Source: a virus
Direction: 5' to 3' (one strand)
DNA length: 64,000 nucleotides
IMG/VR virus record: IMGVR_UViG_3300023174_004481
Location: 8,542-72,541 of that record
The position numbers and the translations under genes were made by a program. Shown here piece after piece: positions 1 through 9,108 of this stretch (its first letter is position 1; every line of letters begins with the position of its first letter). A model generated the notes under the pieces. That model was not told the DNA's origin. It was given only the letters and a program-made list of their open reading frames with translations, and made no database searches.

Positions 1-2
1 AA

Positions 3-692
3 GACGAAGAGAAAGAAGAAAATCAACCAGACTCTATTATAGATATTGCCAAAGATAATAATTTAAAAGAAGTTAATCTAGTCGAAGATAATATGACTTC
101 CTTTCTGCAAGCCTATACCAATACCAAGAAATATAATATTAACTTAAGATATGGATTAAGGATTTCTATAAACGATGATATGAACGAAAGGTCAGAAGAG
201 TCTCGCCAAAAAACCTCTAAAGTAGTTATATTTTTTAAAAACGAACAAGGCTATAAAGATTTAATTAAAATATTTTCAACTGCTGCAAAAGATGGTTTTT
301 ATTATGAACCAAGAATAGATTTCAAAACTTTAAAATCATTATGGAGTGATAAGAATTTAATATTATGTATTCCATTTTATGATTCTTTCATTTTTAATAA
401 CACATTAAGAGGAACAGTTTGTGTGCCAGATTTAGAGTTTACCAAACCAATATTATTCATTGAAAATAATAGTCTTCCATTTGATCATATCATTAAGGAT
501 AAAGTCTTAGCTTATGCCAAAGCTAATAAACTAGAAACTCTAAACACTAAAAGCATTTACTATAAAAATAGCAAAGATTTTAAAGCATATTTAACCTTCA
601 GATGCATTAATAATCGAACTACTTTAAACAAGCCAGAATTGTCTCATATGACTAGTAACCGTTTTTCTTTTGAAAGCCTAAAGATCAAATGA
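3..692 (+). CDS. Stand-alone PHP domain of DNA polymerase III alpha (5'-partial, begins before the window)
   Basis: The frame is open from base 3 to the ATG at 93 (..SIIDIAKDNNLKEVNLVEDNMTSF). KNEQGYKDLIKI..GFYYEPRID matches the DnaE PHP signature (KN..GY.NL..L.S.A...GFY..PRID). Metal ligands look degenerate. Confidence 0.8.
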   Translation, partial: DEEKEENQPDSIIDIAKDNNLKEVNLVEDNMTSFLQAYTNTKKYNINLRYGLRISINDDMNERSEESRQKTSKVVIFFKNEQGYKDLIKIFSTAAKDGFYYEPRIDFKTLKSLWSDKNLILCIPFYDSFIFNNTLRGTVCVPDLEFTKPILFIENNSLPFDHIIKDKVLAYAKANKLETLNTKSIYYKNSKDFKAYLTFRCINNRTTLNKPELSHMTSNRFSFESLKIK

Positions 693-1186
693 ATAAAAAA
701 GTTAATGAACATGGCACAAAATGCCGACAAAGAGAGGATACAGAAGATCGTCTTATAGATTATAGAAACTGGAAATATAAACAAAAATCTTTATGGACAA
801 CAGATATAGATCAAGTAGAGTGGGGTAGTGAAAATGGAGAAGATGTTCCAGTTGCGATTTTAGAAGTTACTAGGATAGATGGTTATCGAGTTCCACCAGA
901 TTCATATTTTCAAGATATAGTAGATAGAATGTTTATTCGCGATACGCAAGGAAGAAAAGCTGTTAAATTAGCAAATAGATTAAATGTTCCAGTTTTTATT
1001 GTAGCTTATCTTCAAAGTATGACCAAATTTATTATGTATGATATGAAAAAAAGAGATGGATGGAAAATTTTAAATGAAAATCAATATATAGATTGGCATT
1101 ATAAAATTAGAAATATGGAAAGACCGATAGAACAGTTAAAACAAAAACCAGAAATAAAGGAAGATCCTTTTGCGGATTTAATATAA
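689..1186 (+). CDS. Hypothetical protein, possible PD-(D/E)XK nuclease-like fold
   Basis: TTDIDQVEW...VAILEVTR followed by helix Q.R....LA.RLNVPVFIV; ATGA overlap with the PHP gene. Confidence 0.4.
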   Translation: MNKKVNEHGTKCRQREDTEDRLIDYRNWKYKQKSLWTTDIDQVEWGSENGEDVPVAILEVTRIDGYRVPPDSYFQDIVDRMFIRDTQGRKAVKLANRLNVPVFIVAYLQSMTKFIMYDMKKRDGWKILNENQYIDWHYKIRNMERPIEQLKQKPEIKEDPFADLI

Positions 1187-1187
1187 T

Positions 1188-1826
1188 ATGGACGAACATT
1201 TATTAAGATACGATAAGACTAAGACTTTTGTTTTTATTGATTTAGAAACATTTAATCTTTGTTTGAATTTTTGTCATAACTTACCTTGGCAAATTGGAAT
1301 GATAAAAGCTAAAGGTGATTTTAAAACTGATAGCAAAAATTTCTATATTAAATGGAATACTGATTTGAAGATTAGCGATGATGCAGCGAGAATCACAAGA
1401 TACGATCATAAGAAAGTTCAAAAAGAAGGTCTTGATATCAAAGAAGCATTTCCTACAATCAAAGATTGGCTAGATCATGCAGATTATATTGTTGGACATA
1501 ATATTCTTGGTTTTGATATTTTCTTAATTAAAGAACTGTATGAATCAATGGGTTGCCATTGGGATCATTTAATGAATAAGATAATTGATACTAATTGTAT
1601 CGCAAGAGGCATAAAATATGGAACTCCATATAAACCTAATACTGATTTATTAGAATACCAATATAAAATCTATCATACAAAACGAAAAGATGTAAAAAGC
1701 AGCTTGACATTCCTTGGTAAAGAGAATAGTATAGATCATGACTATGATAAACTGCACGATGCGATTAACGATCTTGATCTTAACTTGAAAGTTTGGAATA
1801 AGCTAAAGTGGCAAATTGAGTTATAA
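1188..1826 (+). CDS. DEDDh 3'-5' exonuclease (DnaQ/epsilon-like proofreading subunit)
   Basis: Exo I FIDLET, Exo II VGHNILGFD, IIDT, Exo III LHDAIND. Confidence 0.9.
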   Translation: MDEHLLRYDKTKTFVFIDLETFNLCLNFCHNLPWQIGMIKAKGDFKTDSKNFYIKWNTDLKISDDAARITRYDHKKVQKEGLDIKEAFPTIKDWLDHADYIVGHNILGFDIFLIKELYESMGCHWDHLMNKIIDTNCIARGIKYGTPYKPNTDLLEYQYKIYHTKRKDVKSSLTFLGKENSIDHDYDKLHDAINDLDLNLKVWNKLKWQIEL

Positions 1827-1827
1827 T

Positions 1828-2052
1828 ATGGGATCTCTAGATGATGTATATGATTTGACCCAAAAATTAGAAGATAGTAATATAGAATATCTTCTGATAA
1901 CTGTTCAAAAAGGAAAAAAACAAGGCAAAGCAGATGTATTTTTTCATTTAAAAGATAAAGCTTCTATGAAAATTTTAGCTACTGGATTAGCCGCTTTTGA
2001 TAAAGAAATAGATAAAATAAGAAAAGAACAAGAGGAAAAAGATGACGAATAA
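1828..2052 (+). CDS. Small hypothetical protein
   Basis: Tightly packed ORF between the exonuclease and polymerase; ATG at 1828 preferred over TTG at 1816. Confidence 0.6.
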   Translation: MGSLDDVYDLTQKLEDSNIEYLLITVQKGKKQGKADVFFHLKDKASMKILATGLAAFDKEIDKIRKEQEEKDDE

Positions 2053-4603
2053 GGATTTTAATAGTTTATTTGATCAAGTGGATCTACCTCTTTACGGAGT
2101 TAGGCTTCCAGAATTTAAAATTGATAATCAGTATAAACACGATTTAGAAGTAAGTGAAGATGTATCCAATTATGAATTTTTAAGAGCATTATCTTTAAAA
2201 GGATTTAAGAAATTGAATCTTAAGAAAGATTCGGATTTATATAAAAAATATATTGAAAGAGCAAAGCACGAATTAGAAACCCTTAAAGAATTGGAGTTTA
2301 TTGATTATATTATTTTAGTTTGGAGTGTTATTGATTTTTGTAATAAGAATAATATTCCAGTTGGATTAGGCCGAGGTTCAGCAGCGGGTTCTCTTATATT
2401 ATATCTAATTGGGGTTACTCAAATTGATCCAGTTAAATATGACCTTTATTTCGAAAGATTTATATCTAAGATTAGAGCTAAAAAGCAAGTTGTTGATGGA
2501 GTAACCTATTTGGATGGCAGTTTGATGTGTGACGTAGATTTAGATATTTGTTATTATAATAGACATAAAGTTCTCCAATATCTAGAAGAACAATTCAAAG
2601 GTAAGACTAGTAAAATTTTGACATTAAATACATTAAGCGGAAAACTCTTAATTAAAGAGTGCGGAAAAATTGTTGGTGAAAAATCAGAGCAAGAGATGAC
2701 AGAAGTATCGTCTATGATTCCAAAGATTTTCGGACAAGTCAAAGACATCACAACAGCTTTTGATGAAGTGCCTAAATTTAAAGAATGGTGCGAATCTAAT
2801 AAAGATATTTATGGCGTAGCCCTTAAACTAAGAAACTTAATTAAAAATAAAGGAGTTCATCCATCTGGAGTTTTACTATCTTATAATGATTTAGAAAAAT
2901 CTTGTCCCACTGAATTATCTGGAGATAAAGAAGCGGTATCGAGTTTTGATATGAGTTGGGTTTCATTATTTAATATTAAACTTGATATTCTAGGTTTAAG
3001 AAGCGTTTCTGTAGTAGATGACGTTTGTAAGAGTATTGGTAAAAAAATAACTGATATTGATTTAAATGATGAATCTATATATAGGAACTTACAAGACTTA
3101 AGAAATCCTCATGGGTTATTTCAAATTGAAGCAGAAACTAATTTTAAAGTTTGTCAAAAAGTTAAGCCTAAAAATCTAGAAGAATTAAGCGGAGTTTTAG
3201 CTTTAGCTAGACCTGGAGCTTTGCAATTTGCTGATAAATATGCTGCTCATACTAATTTTCAACAATCAGAAAGTATCCATCCATTCTTCGATGACATATT
3301 AAAAGATACTGGTGGAGTAGCTTTATACCAAGAGCAATTAATGAAGATGGCTCATAAAATTGGCTTCACTCTAGATGAAGCAGAAATTTTGAGAAGAATT
3401 GTAGGTAAAAAGAAAACCGAAGAAATCAAAGCTTGGAAAAAGAAGATTGAAGATAAAATTAAAGAAAATAAACTTCCAAAAGAAGTAGGAGAAATCTTAT
3501 GGAAAATCTTAGAGGATTCAGCAAACTATTCATTTAATAAATCACATTCAATCGCCTATGCAGCTTTAGCCGCGATTACTATTTATTTGAAGTTCAATTA
3601 TCCTCAACAATTCTTTTTGTCTTTATTAAAGATGACTAGAAATGAACCAGATCCAATTGGTGAAATATCTAAAATTCAAAAAGAAATGGGTCATTTCGAT
3701 ATTAAATTATTAAAGCCACATATTATTAAATCTCAGATGGATTTCTCTATTGAAGGTTCAGATATTAGATTTGGGCTATTATCAATTAAAGGTATTTCAG
3801 ATAAATCAATTGAAAAGTTAAACGGATTTAGAAACAAGTATTCTAATAAGTTCGAAATTTTTCAAGCAGCAGAAGAAGCAGATCTTAATATCGGAGTATT
3901 ATGTTCGTTGATTCAAGCTGGAGCTTTAACTGGATTTAAACAATCTAGAAGCAAAATAGTATTAGAGGCTCAACTTTGGAATATATTAACAGCAAAAGAA
4001 AAGAAATACGCAATTTCATTCGCTGAACAATTTGATTATGATCTTATTAAAATTATTAAGCATTTAAATACATTTACTGATGAAAAGAATAAAGTCATAA
4101 TCAAGAGTTCTAGATTAGATACTATTAAATCTAAATATGAACCTTATCTTAAAATATATAATCAAAATAGCAAGAGCGAAAGTTTTGCTAATTGGTATTA
4201 TGAAAAAAGACTCTTGGGCTATACTTACGAAAGAACATTGAAAGATATCTTTAATGAAAAAAGAGAAGATCTATTGTTTATTGATGAAATTATGGATTTG
4301 CCAGTAAATCAAAAAGTAGCACTAGTTGGAGAGGTTACAGATGTATATTCTGGAACATCAAAAAATGAAAAGAAGACTAAATATCTAAGACTTAAAATAT
4401 CAGACGAATCTGGCGATATTACTGTATTATTATTTAATGATAAGATAGAAAATTGTAAAACACTTAATGGGAATAAGAATCCAGAAGAAAAGAATATTGT
4501 TATAGTTAAAGGTATTAAAAAAGAAGATTGTATATTTGCGGATTTGGTAGCTGTTCAAGATCATCAAATATATATGAAATTGAGTGAAATTAAAAAGATT
4601 TGA
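2042..4603 (+). CDS. dnaE: DNA polymerase III alpha catalytic core (family C) lacking the PHP domain
   Basis: GRGSAAGS, FERFI, catalytic DVDLD, HPSGV, KLDILGL, ALARPG, YQEQLM, YSFNKSHS, IRFGLLSIKGI (HhH), C-terminal OB fold. Confidence 0.95.
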   Translation: MTNKDFNSLFDQVDLPLYGVRLPEFKIDNQYKHDLEVSEDVSNYEFLRALSLKGFKKLNLKKDSDLYKKYIERAKHELETLKELEFIDYIILVWSVIDFCNKNNIPVGLGRGSAAGSLILYLIGVTQIDPVKYDLYFERFISKIRAKKQVVDGVTYLDGSLMCDVDLDICYYNRHKVLQYLEEQFKGKTSKILTLNTLSGKLLIKECGKIVGEKSEQEMTEVSSMIPKIFGQVKDITTAFDEVPKFKEWCESNKDIYGVALKLRNLIKNKGVHPSGVLLSYNDLEKSCPTELSGDKEAVSSFDMSWVSLFNIKLDILGLRSVSVVDDVCKSIGKKITDIDLNDESIYRNLQDLRNPHGLFQIEAETNFKVCQKVKPKNLEELSGVLALARPGALQFADKYAAHTNFQQSESIHPFFDDILKDTGGVALYQEQLMKMAHKIGFTLDEAEILRRIVGKKKTEEIKAWKKKIEDKIKENKLPKEVGEILWKILEDSANYSFNKSHSIAYAALAAITIYLKFNYPQQFFLSLLKMTRNEPDPIGEISKIQKEMGHFDIKLLKPHIIKSQMDFSIEGSDIRFGLLSIKGISDKSIEKLNGFRNKYSNKFEIFQAAEEADLNIGVLCSLIQAGALTGFKQSRSKIVLEAQLWNILTAKEKKYAISFAEQFDYDLIKIIKHLNTFTDEKNKVIIKSSRLDTIKSKYEPYLKIYNQNSKSESFANWYYEKRLLGYTYERTLKDIFNEKREDLLFIDEIMDLPVNQKVALVGEVTDVYSGTSKNEKKTKYLRLKISDESGDITVLLFNDKIENCKTLNGNKNPEEKNIVIVKGIKKEDCIFADLVAVQDHQIYMKLSEIKKI

Positions 4604-4628
4604 CATTTTATTAAAGATAATATATCAT
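4600..4628 (+). promoter_or_regulatory. sigma70-like promoter giving a probably leaderless mRNA
   Basis: TTGACA (4600-4605), 17-bp spacer, TATCAT (4623-4628); ATG at 4635. Confidence 0.7.
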
Positions 4629-4634
4629 CACTAT

Positions 4635-5183
4635 ATGATATCATTCTACAAACCTAATAGTAAAAATACTGGAACAGCTTGCAGCTTTACAGTAAATTCA
4701 AAAGACGCTTCAATTTGGAGCTCATTAATTAAGCAATCCTCTTGGAACGAAGCTAAGAAAATTGGCTCATTTTCTGAAAATCAAAATAATCCAAATAAAA
4801 GTGTTAAAATTAAATTCTCTTTAACAGAAGCAGCTGGCCTTTTGGATGCTCTAGAAAGAAATAGCGAATTTTCTGCATATCATACATCAGAAAAGCAATC
4901 CACACAAATTAAATTATCTCCGTATATGAGAGATGATAAGCAAGTTGGATATTCTTATATGGTATCAAAAACAGATAAACAAAATAGCGAAAATAAACAA
5001 TCATATCTAATTGGTTTTTATTTTAACGAAGCTCGACTATTAAAGCAATTTTTATCTTATGCATTAGATTCAGTATTTGAATCTCAAAGAATAGAAACAA
5101 TTAAAAAACTTAAAAATTCTAAAAAAGATAATGACGAAGATCAAAATGATGCCAAAGCTGATAACGATGGCGACCTTTGGTAA
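4635..5183 (+). CDS. Putative ssDNA-binding protein (PC4/Whirly-like) with acidic C-tail
   Basis: Twofold beta-beta-beta-helix pattern (KIKFSLTEAAGL / IGFYFNEARLL); acidic tail ending DNDGDLW; adjacent to the polymerase. Start moved to ATG 4635 on the promoter evidence. Confidence 0.5.
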   Translation: MISFYKPNSKNTGTACSFTVNSKDASIWSSLIKQSSWNEAKKIGSFSENQNNPNKSVKIKFSLTEAAGLLDALERNSEFSAYHTSEKQSTQIKLSPYMRDDKQVGYSYMVSKTDKQNSENKQSYLIGFYFNEARLLKQFLSYALDSVFESQRIETIKKLKNSKKDNDEDQNDAKADNDGDLW

Positions 5184-7105
5184 TGTCTAGAAAAAAGAAA
5201 TTTTTATATCATTCTGATTTTGCTCTAGCCAAAACTGGATTTGGTAGAGTATCAAAAGCTTTATTAACTTATTTATATAAAACTGGTAAGTATGATATTG
5301 TTCATTATTGCTGTGGTATGCAGCAAGGAAATCCAGATCTATTAAAGACTCCTTGGAAATCTATAGGATCGCTACCAAATTCTCAACAAGAATTGGAACA
5401 ATTAAATAGAGATCCAAATCAAGGCAGAATGGCGAGTTATGGAGCTTATCTAATTGATAAAGTTATAGAAGAAGAAAAGCCAGATGCTTATGTTGCTGCC
5501 CAAGATATTTGGGGAGTTGATTATAGTATACCAAAACCTTGGTTTAATAAAATTAAATCTTCTATTTGGACTACTTTAGATTCTTTACCCATACTTCCAA
5601 GTGCGGTAAGTTGTGCTCCTAAATTAAAAAATTATTGGATTTGGAGTGATTTTGCCACGAAAGCTTTACATGATTTAAATCATAAACAAGTAGAAACAGT
5701 TCACGGCCCTATAGATGTTCATAATTTTCATAGACTATCAAACGAACAAAGAGCAAATTTAAGAAATAAATTCAACATTCCTCTTAATGCTTTTATCATT
5801 GGATTTGTATTTAGAAATCAATTAAGAAAAAGCGTTCCTAATCTTTTGGAGGGATACGCTCTTTGGAAAGCTAGAAATCCAGAAGTCAAAAATACTTTTC
5901 TTTTATTGCACACTCATTGGTCTGAAGGATGGAATATATACAAATTGGCAGACGAATATAATGTGCCTAAAAATGAAATATTAACTACTTATGTATGTAG
6001 GAATTGTGGAAATTATGAAATTAAAAATTTCGTTGGACAAAATATAGATTGTAAATTCTGTGGAACTCAAAAATCTCAGATTACAACTAGCGTTGGCTAT
6101 GGAGTAACAGAAGAACAACTTAATGAAGTTTATAACTTGATGGATGTTTATTGTCATCCATTTACTAGCGGTGGACAAGAAATACCCATACAAGAAGCTA
6201 AACTTACAGAATTAATAACATTAGTAACAAATTATTCTTGTGGAGAAGAAATGTGTTATGACGAAGCTAATTCATTTCCCTTAGAATGGGCAGAATATAG
6301 AGAACATGGAACAGAGTTTAGAAAAGCATCAACTTTGCCAAGCTCAATAGCAAAACAACTTCATAAAGCTTGGAAAATGCCACTTAACAAAAGATTAGAA
6401 ATGGGTAAGTTAGCTAGAGAATGGACAGTTGATAACTATTCTTCAGAAATAATTGGTAAAAAATTTGAGGAATTTATAGATTCAGCAGATTTTGCAGATT
6501 ATAACAGTATTTCTATAAGCCCAGAATCTCAAGATCCATTAATTAAAATACCAGAAATTAAAAATGATTCAGAATGGTTAAAATTTTTATATGCTAATAT
6601 TCTTAAAAGACCAGATGTAGACGAGAGTGATGATGGCCATAGATATTGGATGCAGGAAATAGCTAAGGGTATGAAAAGACAAGATATCGAAAACTATTTC
6701 AGACAAGTAGCTTGGCAAGAAAATCAAAAAAATAAACAAATAGATTTCAATGATCTTCTTGATAAAAATGATAAAGGCAAAAGGATTCTATATATTATAC
6801 CAGAAGATGAATCTGACGTATTTATGAGTACTAGTATATTTCCTTCTATTAAAAAAATGTATCCAGATCATAATTTATATGTTGCAACTAAAAATGAATA
6901 TTTTGAAATTTTAGAAGGCAATCCAAACATATATAAAGTAATTCCCTTTGTACCACAAATGGAAAACCAAATATGGTGCGAAGGAAATAAAGATCATGAA
7001 GGATATTTTGAAATTGCATTTTTACCATATATTGGTACACAAAAAATATTAAATTACCTTCATAATGGTAAAGATAAACTTGAATTTGATATAAAAAACT
7101 TTTAA
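5183..7105 (+). CDS. GT-B (GT4-like) glycosyltransferase with a Zn-ribbon insertion and a C-terminal GT9-like N-lobe
   Basis: TGFGRV, FRNQLRK, LNEVYNLMDVYCHPFTSGGQEIPIQEA; CRNC..CKFC insert; C-terminal DVF..IKKMYPD.NLYVATK...ILEGNPNI. Confidence 0.85.
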   Translation: MSRKKKFLYHSDFALAKTGFGRVSKALLTYLYKTGKYDIVHYCCGMQQGNPDLLKTPWKSIGSLPNSQQELEQLNRDPNQGRMASYGAYLIDKVIEEEKPDAYVAAQDIWGVDYSIPKPWFNKIKSSIWTTLDSLPILPSAVSCAPKLKNYWIWSDFATKALHDLNHKQVETVHGPIDVHNFHRLSNEQRANLRNKFNIPLNAFIIGFVFRNQLRKSVPNLLEGYALWKARNPEVKNTFLLLHTHWSEGWNIYKLADEYNVPKNEILTTYVCRNCGNYEIKNFVGQNIDCKFCGTQKSQITTSVGYGVTEEQLNEVYNLMDVYCHPFTSGGQEIPIQEAKLTELITLVTNYSCGEEMCYDEANSFPLEWAEYREHGTEFRKASTLPSSIAKQLHKAWKMPLNKRLEMGKLAREWTVDNYSSEIIGKKFEEFIDSADFADYNSISISPESQDPLIKIPEIKNDSEWLKFLYANILKRPDVDESDDGHRYWMQEIAKGMKRQDIENYFRQVAWQENQKNKQIDFNDLLDKNDKGKRILYIIPEDESDVFMSTSIFPSIKKMYPDHNLYVATKNEYFEILEGNPNIYKVIPFVPQMENQIWCEGNKDHEGYFEIAFLPYIGTQKILNYLHNGKDKLEFDIKNF

Positions 7106-7112
7106 TATCAAT

Positions 7113-8267
7113 ATGCATACCATAGAAGCATTTGCATCATCTTGTGGATTAAAAATATCAAAACCCTACATTTATGAAAAGTATTACCCAATCTATTTAA
7201 ATAAATATATAGTCATAGAAACTAATGATGTAAAGTATCAATCTAAAAACTATGATTATTGGCAAGAAGTTATTAATTTAATTTTGCCATATTTAAAAGA
7301 AAATGATATTAATGTATTACAATTTTGCAATCAAAATGATCCAAAGTTAATAAATACTTATAGTGTTACTGCTCTTACTTATAATCAAAAGGCTTATTTA
7401 ATAAAAAATTCAATTTGTTATATAGGCTCTAATTCATTTGGTTTACAAATAGCATCTCATTATAATAAGAAAATTATAGGGCTATATTCAAATATGTACG
7501 CTTCTCAGAATAAACCATATTGGAGCAATCCAGATGAAGTTAAATTAATTGAAGCATTTGAATCTAATTCAAAACCATCTTATATGCCTCAAGAAAATCC
7601 CAAGGTTATAAATAATTTAAAACCAGATGTGGTCTCAAAGTCAATTTTAGATTTATTAAACATTAAACATAAATTTCAATATAAATTTTTGAATATTGGA
7701 AATAATTATAATAATAAAACTATTGAAATGCTTCCAAATATGATCATTGATCCGACTAAAATTTCTACCCCCAACATTATAATAAGGATGGATTTGGAGC
7801 ATAATGAACAATTTTTAGAAATGCAATTATCAACAATGAAATGTATCTTATTAACAAATAAAACTATATCCGAGGATATAATTAAAAAATACAAGCAAAA
7901 TATTCTTCAAATTATATATAAAATTGAAGAAGATAACGACCATAAATTCGTGCAATTTCTTAAAAATCAAAATATAAGTTATGCTCTAGTATCTCATTTA
8001 CCTCAATCAGAAATAGATAGAATTAAGATAAATTATATGGATCTAGGTTTAATCTCAAAAATTAATAATGCAAATAAAAATAATTACCCTAATGTAAAAT
8101 ACTATAAGAGTAATAGATTTATCTTGAGTAATAACAAATTATATATGAGCGAAGCTGCAGTGCAAAAAGATTTACCAATTAAAGATTTTAATAATAATAT
8201 TCAAGAAGTGATTGATACTGAATTGTTTTGGGATAATGCAGATAATTATGCTTTTTTAGTTGACTAG
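7113..8267 (+). CDS. GT9 (heptosyltransferase-like) C-lobe protein
   Basis: KNYDYWQEV...VLQ...TYNQKAYLIKNSICYIGSNSF..QIA...KKIIGLY resembles the GT9 nucleotide-sugar lobe. Confidence 0.55.
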   Translation: MHTIEAFASSCGLKISKPYIYEKYYPIYLNKYIVIETNDVKYQSKNYDYWQEVINLILPYLKENDINVLQFCNQNDPKLINTYSVTALTYNQKAYLIKNSICYIGSNSFGLQIASHYNKKIIGLYSNMYASQNKPYWSNPDEVKLIEAFESNSKPSYMPQENPKVINNLKPDVVSKSILDLLNIKHKFQYKFLNIGNNYNNKTIEMLPNMIIDPTKISTPNIIIRMDLEHNEQFLEMQLSTMKCILLTNKTISEDIIKKYKQNILQIIYKIEEDNDHKFVQFLKNQNISYALVSHLPQSEIDRIKINYMDLGLISKINNANKNNYPNVKYYKSNRFILSNNKLYMSEAAVQKDLPIKDFNNNIQEVIDTELFWDNADNYAFLVD

Positions 8268-8288
8268 TTTATATAAATAGACTATCAT
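8260..8288 (+). promoter_or_regulatory. sigma70-like promoter
   Basis: TTGACT, 17-bp spacer, TATCAT; ATG at 8296. Confidence 0.65.
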
Positions 8289-8295
8289 ACTAATA

Positions 8296-9108
8296 ATGAG
8301 CCCAAAAATTAAACAACAAGATCAAACTGCTTCGATGGGAAGCTCCGCACTTTTCGATACTAATATCAATATTGCGCCAGAATTAAATGAACCAGTACTA
8401 GAAGTAGTTCCTCCAAAACTTATCACAAGAAACAAATATGGTTTAATTGAAGATAAAAATACCAATTATACATATAATGATGATGGTACTATTAATTGGC
8501 GTAAAATGGTTAAGCATGAATATCTAGTTCCTAATAGACAAAAAACACAAGAAACAGATGTATCCAAATTAGAAGACAAAGATCTTCTTATTCTTCTTGG
8601 AGGAATCAAAGAACTTGCTCAGATCAGAGGTTATACTAGTGTTTCATACAAAGTAGTAGCTGCCAGCGAAAGCTATTTTGCTACTTCTTGTAAGATTACT
8701 TGGATTCCTAATTACGAAACAAATGGCAAGGTTATTGAATTCGAAGCTCTTGCTGATGCTACTTTAAATAATACTAAGAGTTTTGCTAGATACTTTTTAG
8801 CGGCAATTGCAGAGAATAGAGCCTTTGTAAGGTGTGTTCGTAATTTCTTAAAAATTAATATTGTTTCTCAAGAAGAATTAGGTGATGCTAAAATTCTTGA
8901 AGAAGCAGTGTCTTCAAATGAAAGTCCAACTTCTCCACAAGTTTTATTGGAGAAAGTTATGAAAGAAAAAAAAATAACATTTGAAACTTTAAAAGAACGG
9001 TTATTAAAAGAAAAGTTTGAAAACGCAGAGAGTTTGAATTGTACTCAAGATATTCCAAAATCTAAAATATTCGAACTAATAGAAAGAATTAAAAAGATTA
9101 AAAATTAA
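8296..9108 (+). CDS. Rad52/Sak-like ssDNA annealing protein
   Basis: LLGGIKELA, CKITW..FEALADA, AIAENRAFVRCVRNFL resembles the Rad52-fold AE.RA..RA.R motif. Confidence 0.55.
   Translation: MSPKIKQQDQTASMGSSALFDTNINIAPELNEPVLEVVPPKLITRNKYGLIEDKNTNYTYNDDGTINWRKMVKHEYLVPNRQKTQETDVSKLEDKDLLILLGGIKELAQIRGYTSVSYKVVAASESYFATSCKITWIPNYETNGKVIEFEALADATLNNTKSFARYFLAAIAENRAFVRCVRNFLKINIVSQEELGDAKILEEAVSSNESPTSPQVLLEKVMKEKKITFETLKERLLKEKFENAESLNCTQDIPKSKIFELIERIKKIKN

Noticed and set aside
3-2100. Split intein joining PHP and DnaE core (as in cyanobacterial dnaE)
   Set aside because: No Hint block A at the PHP end and no HN-C/S/T near the start of the core.
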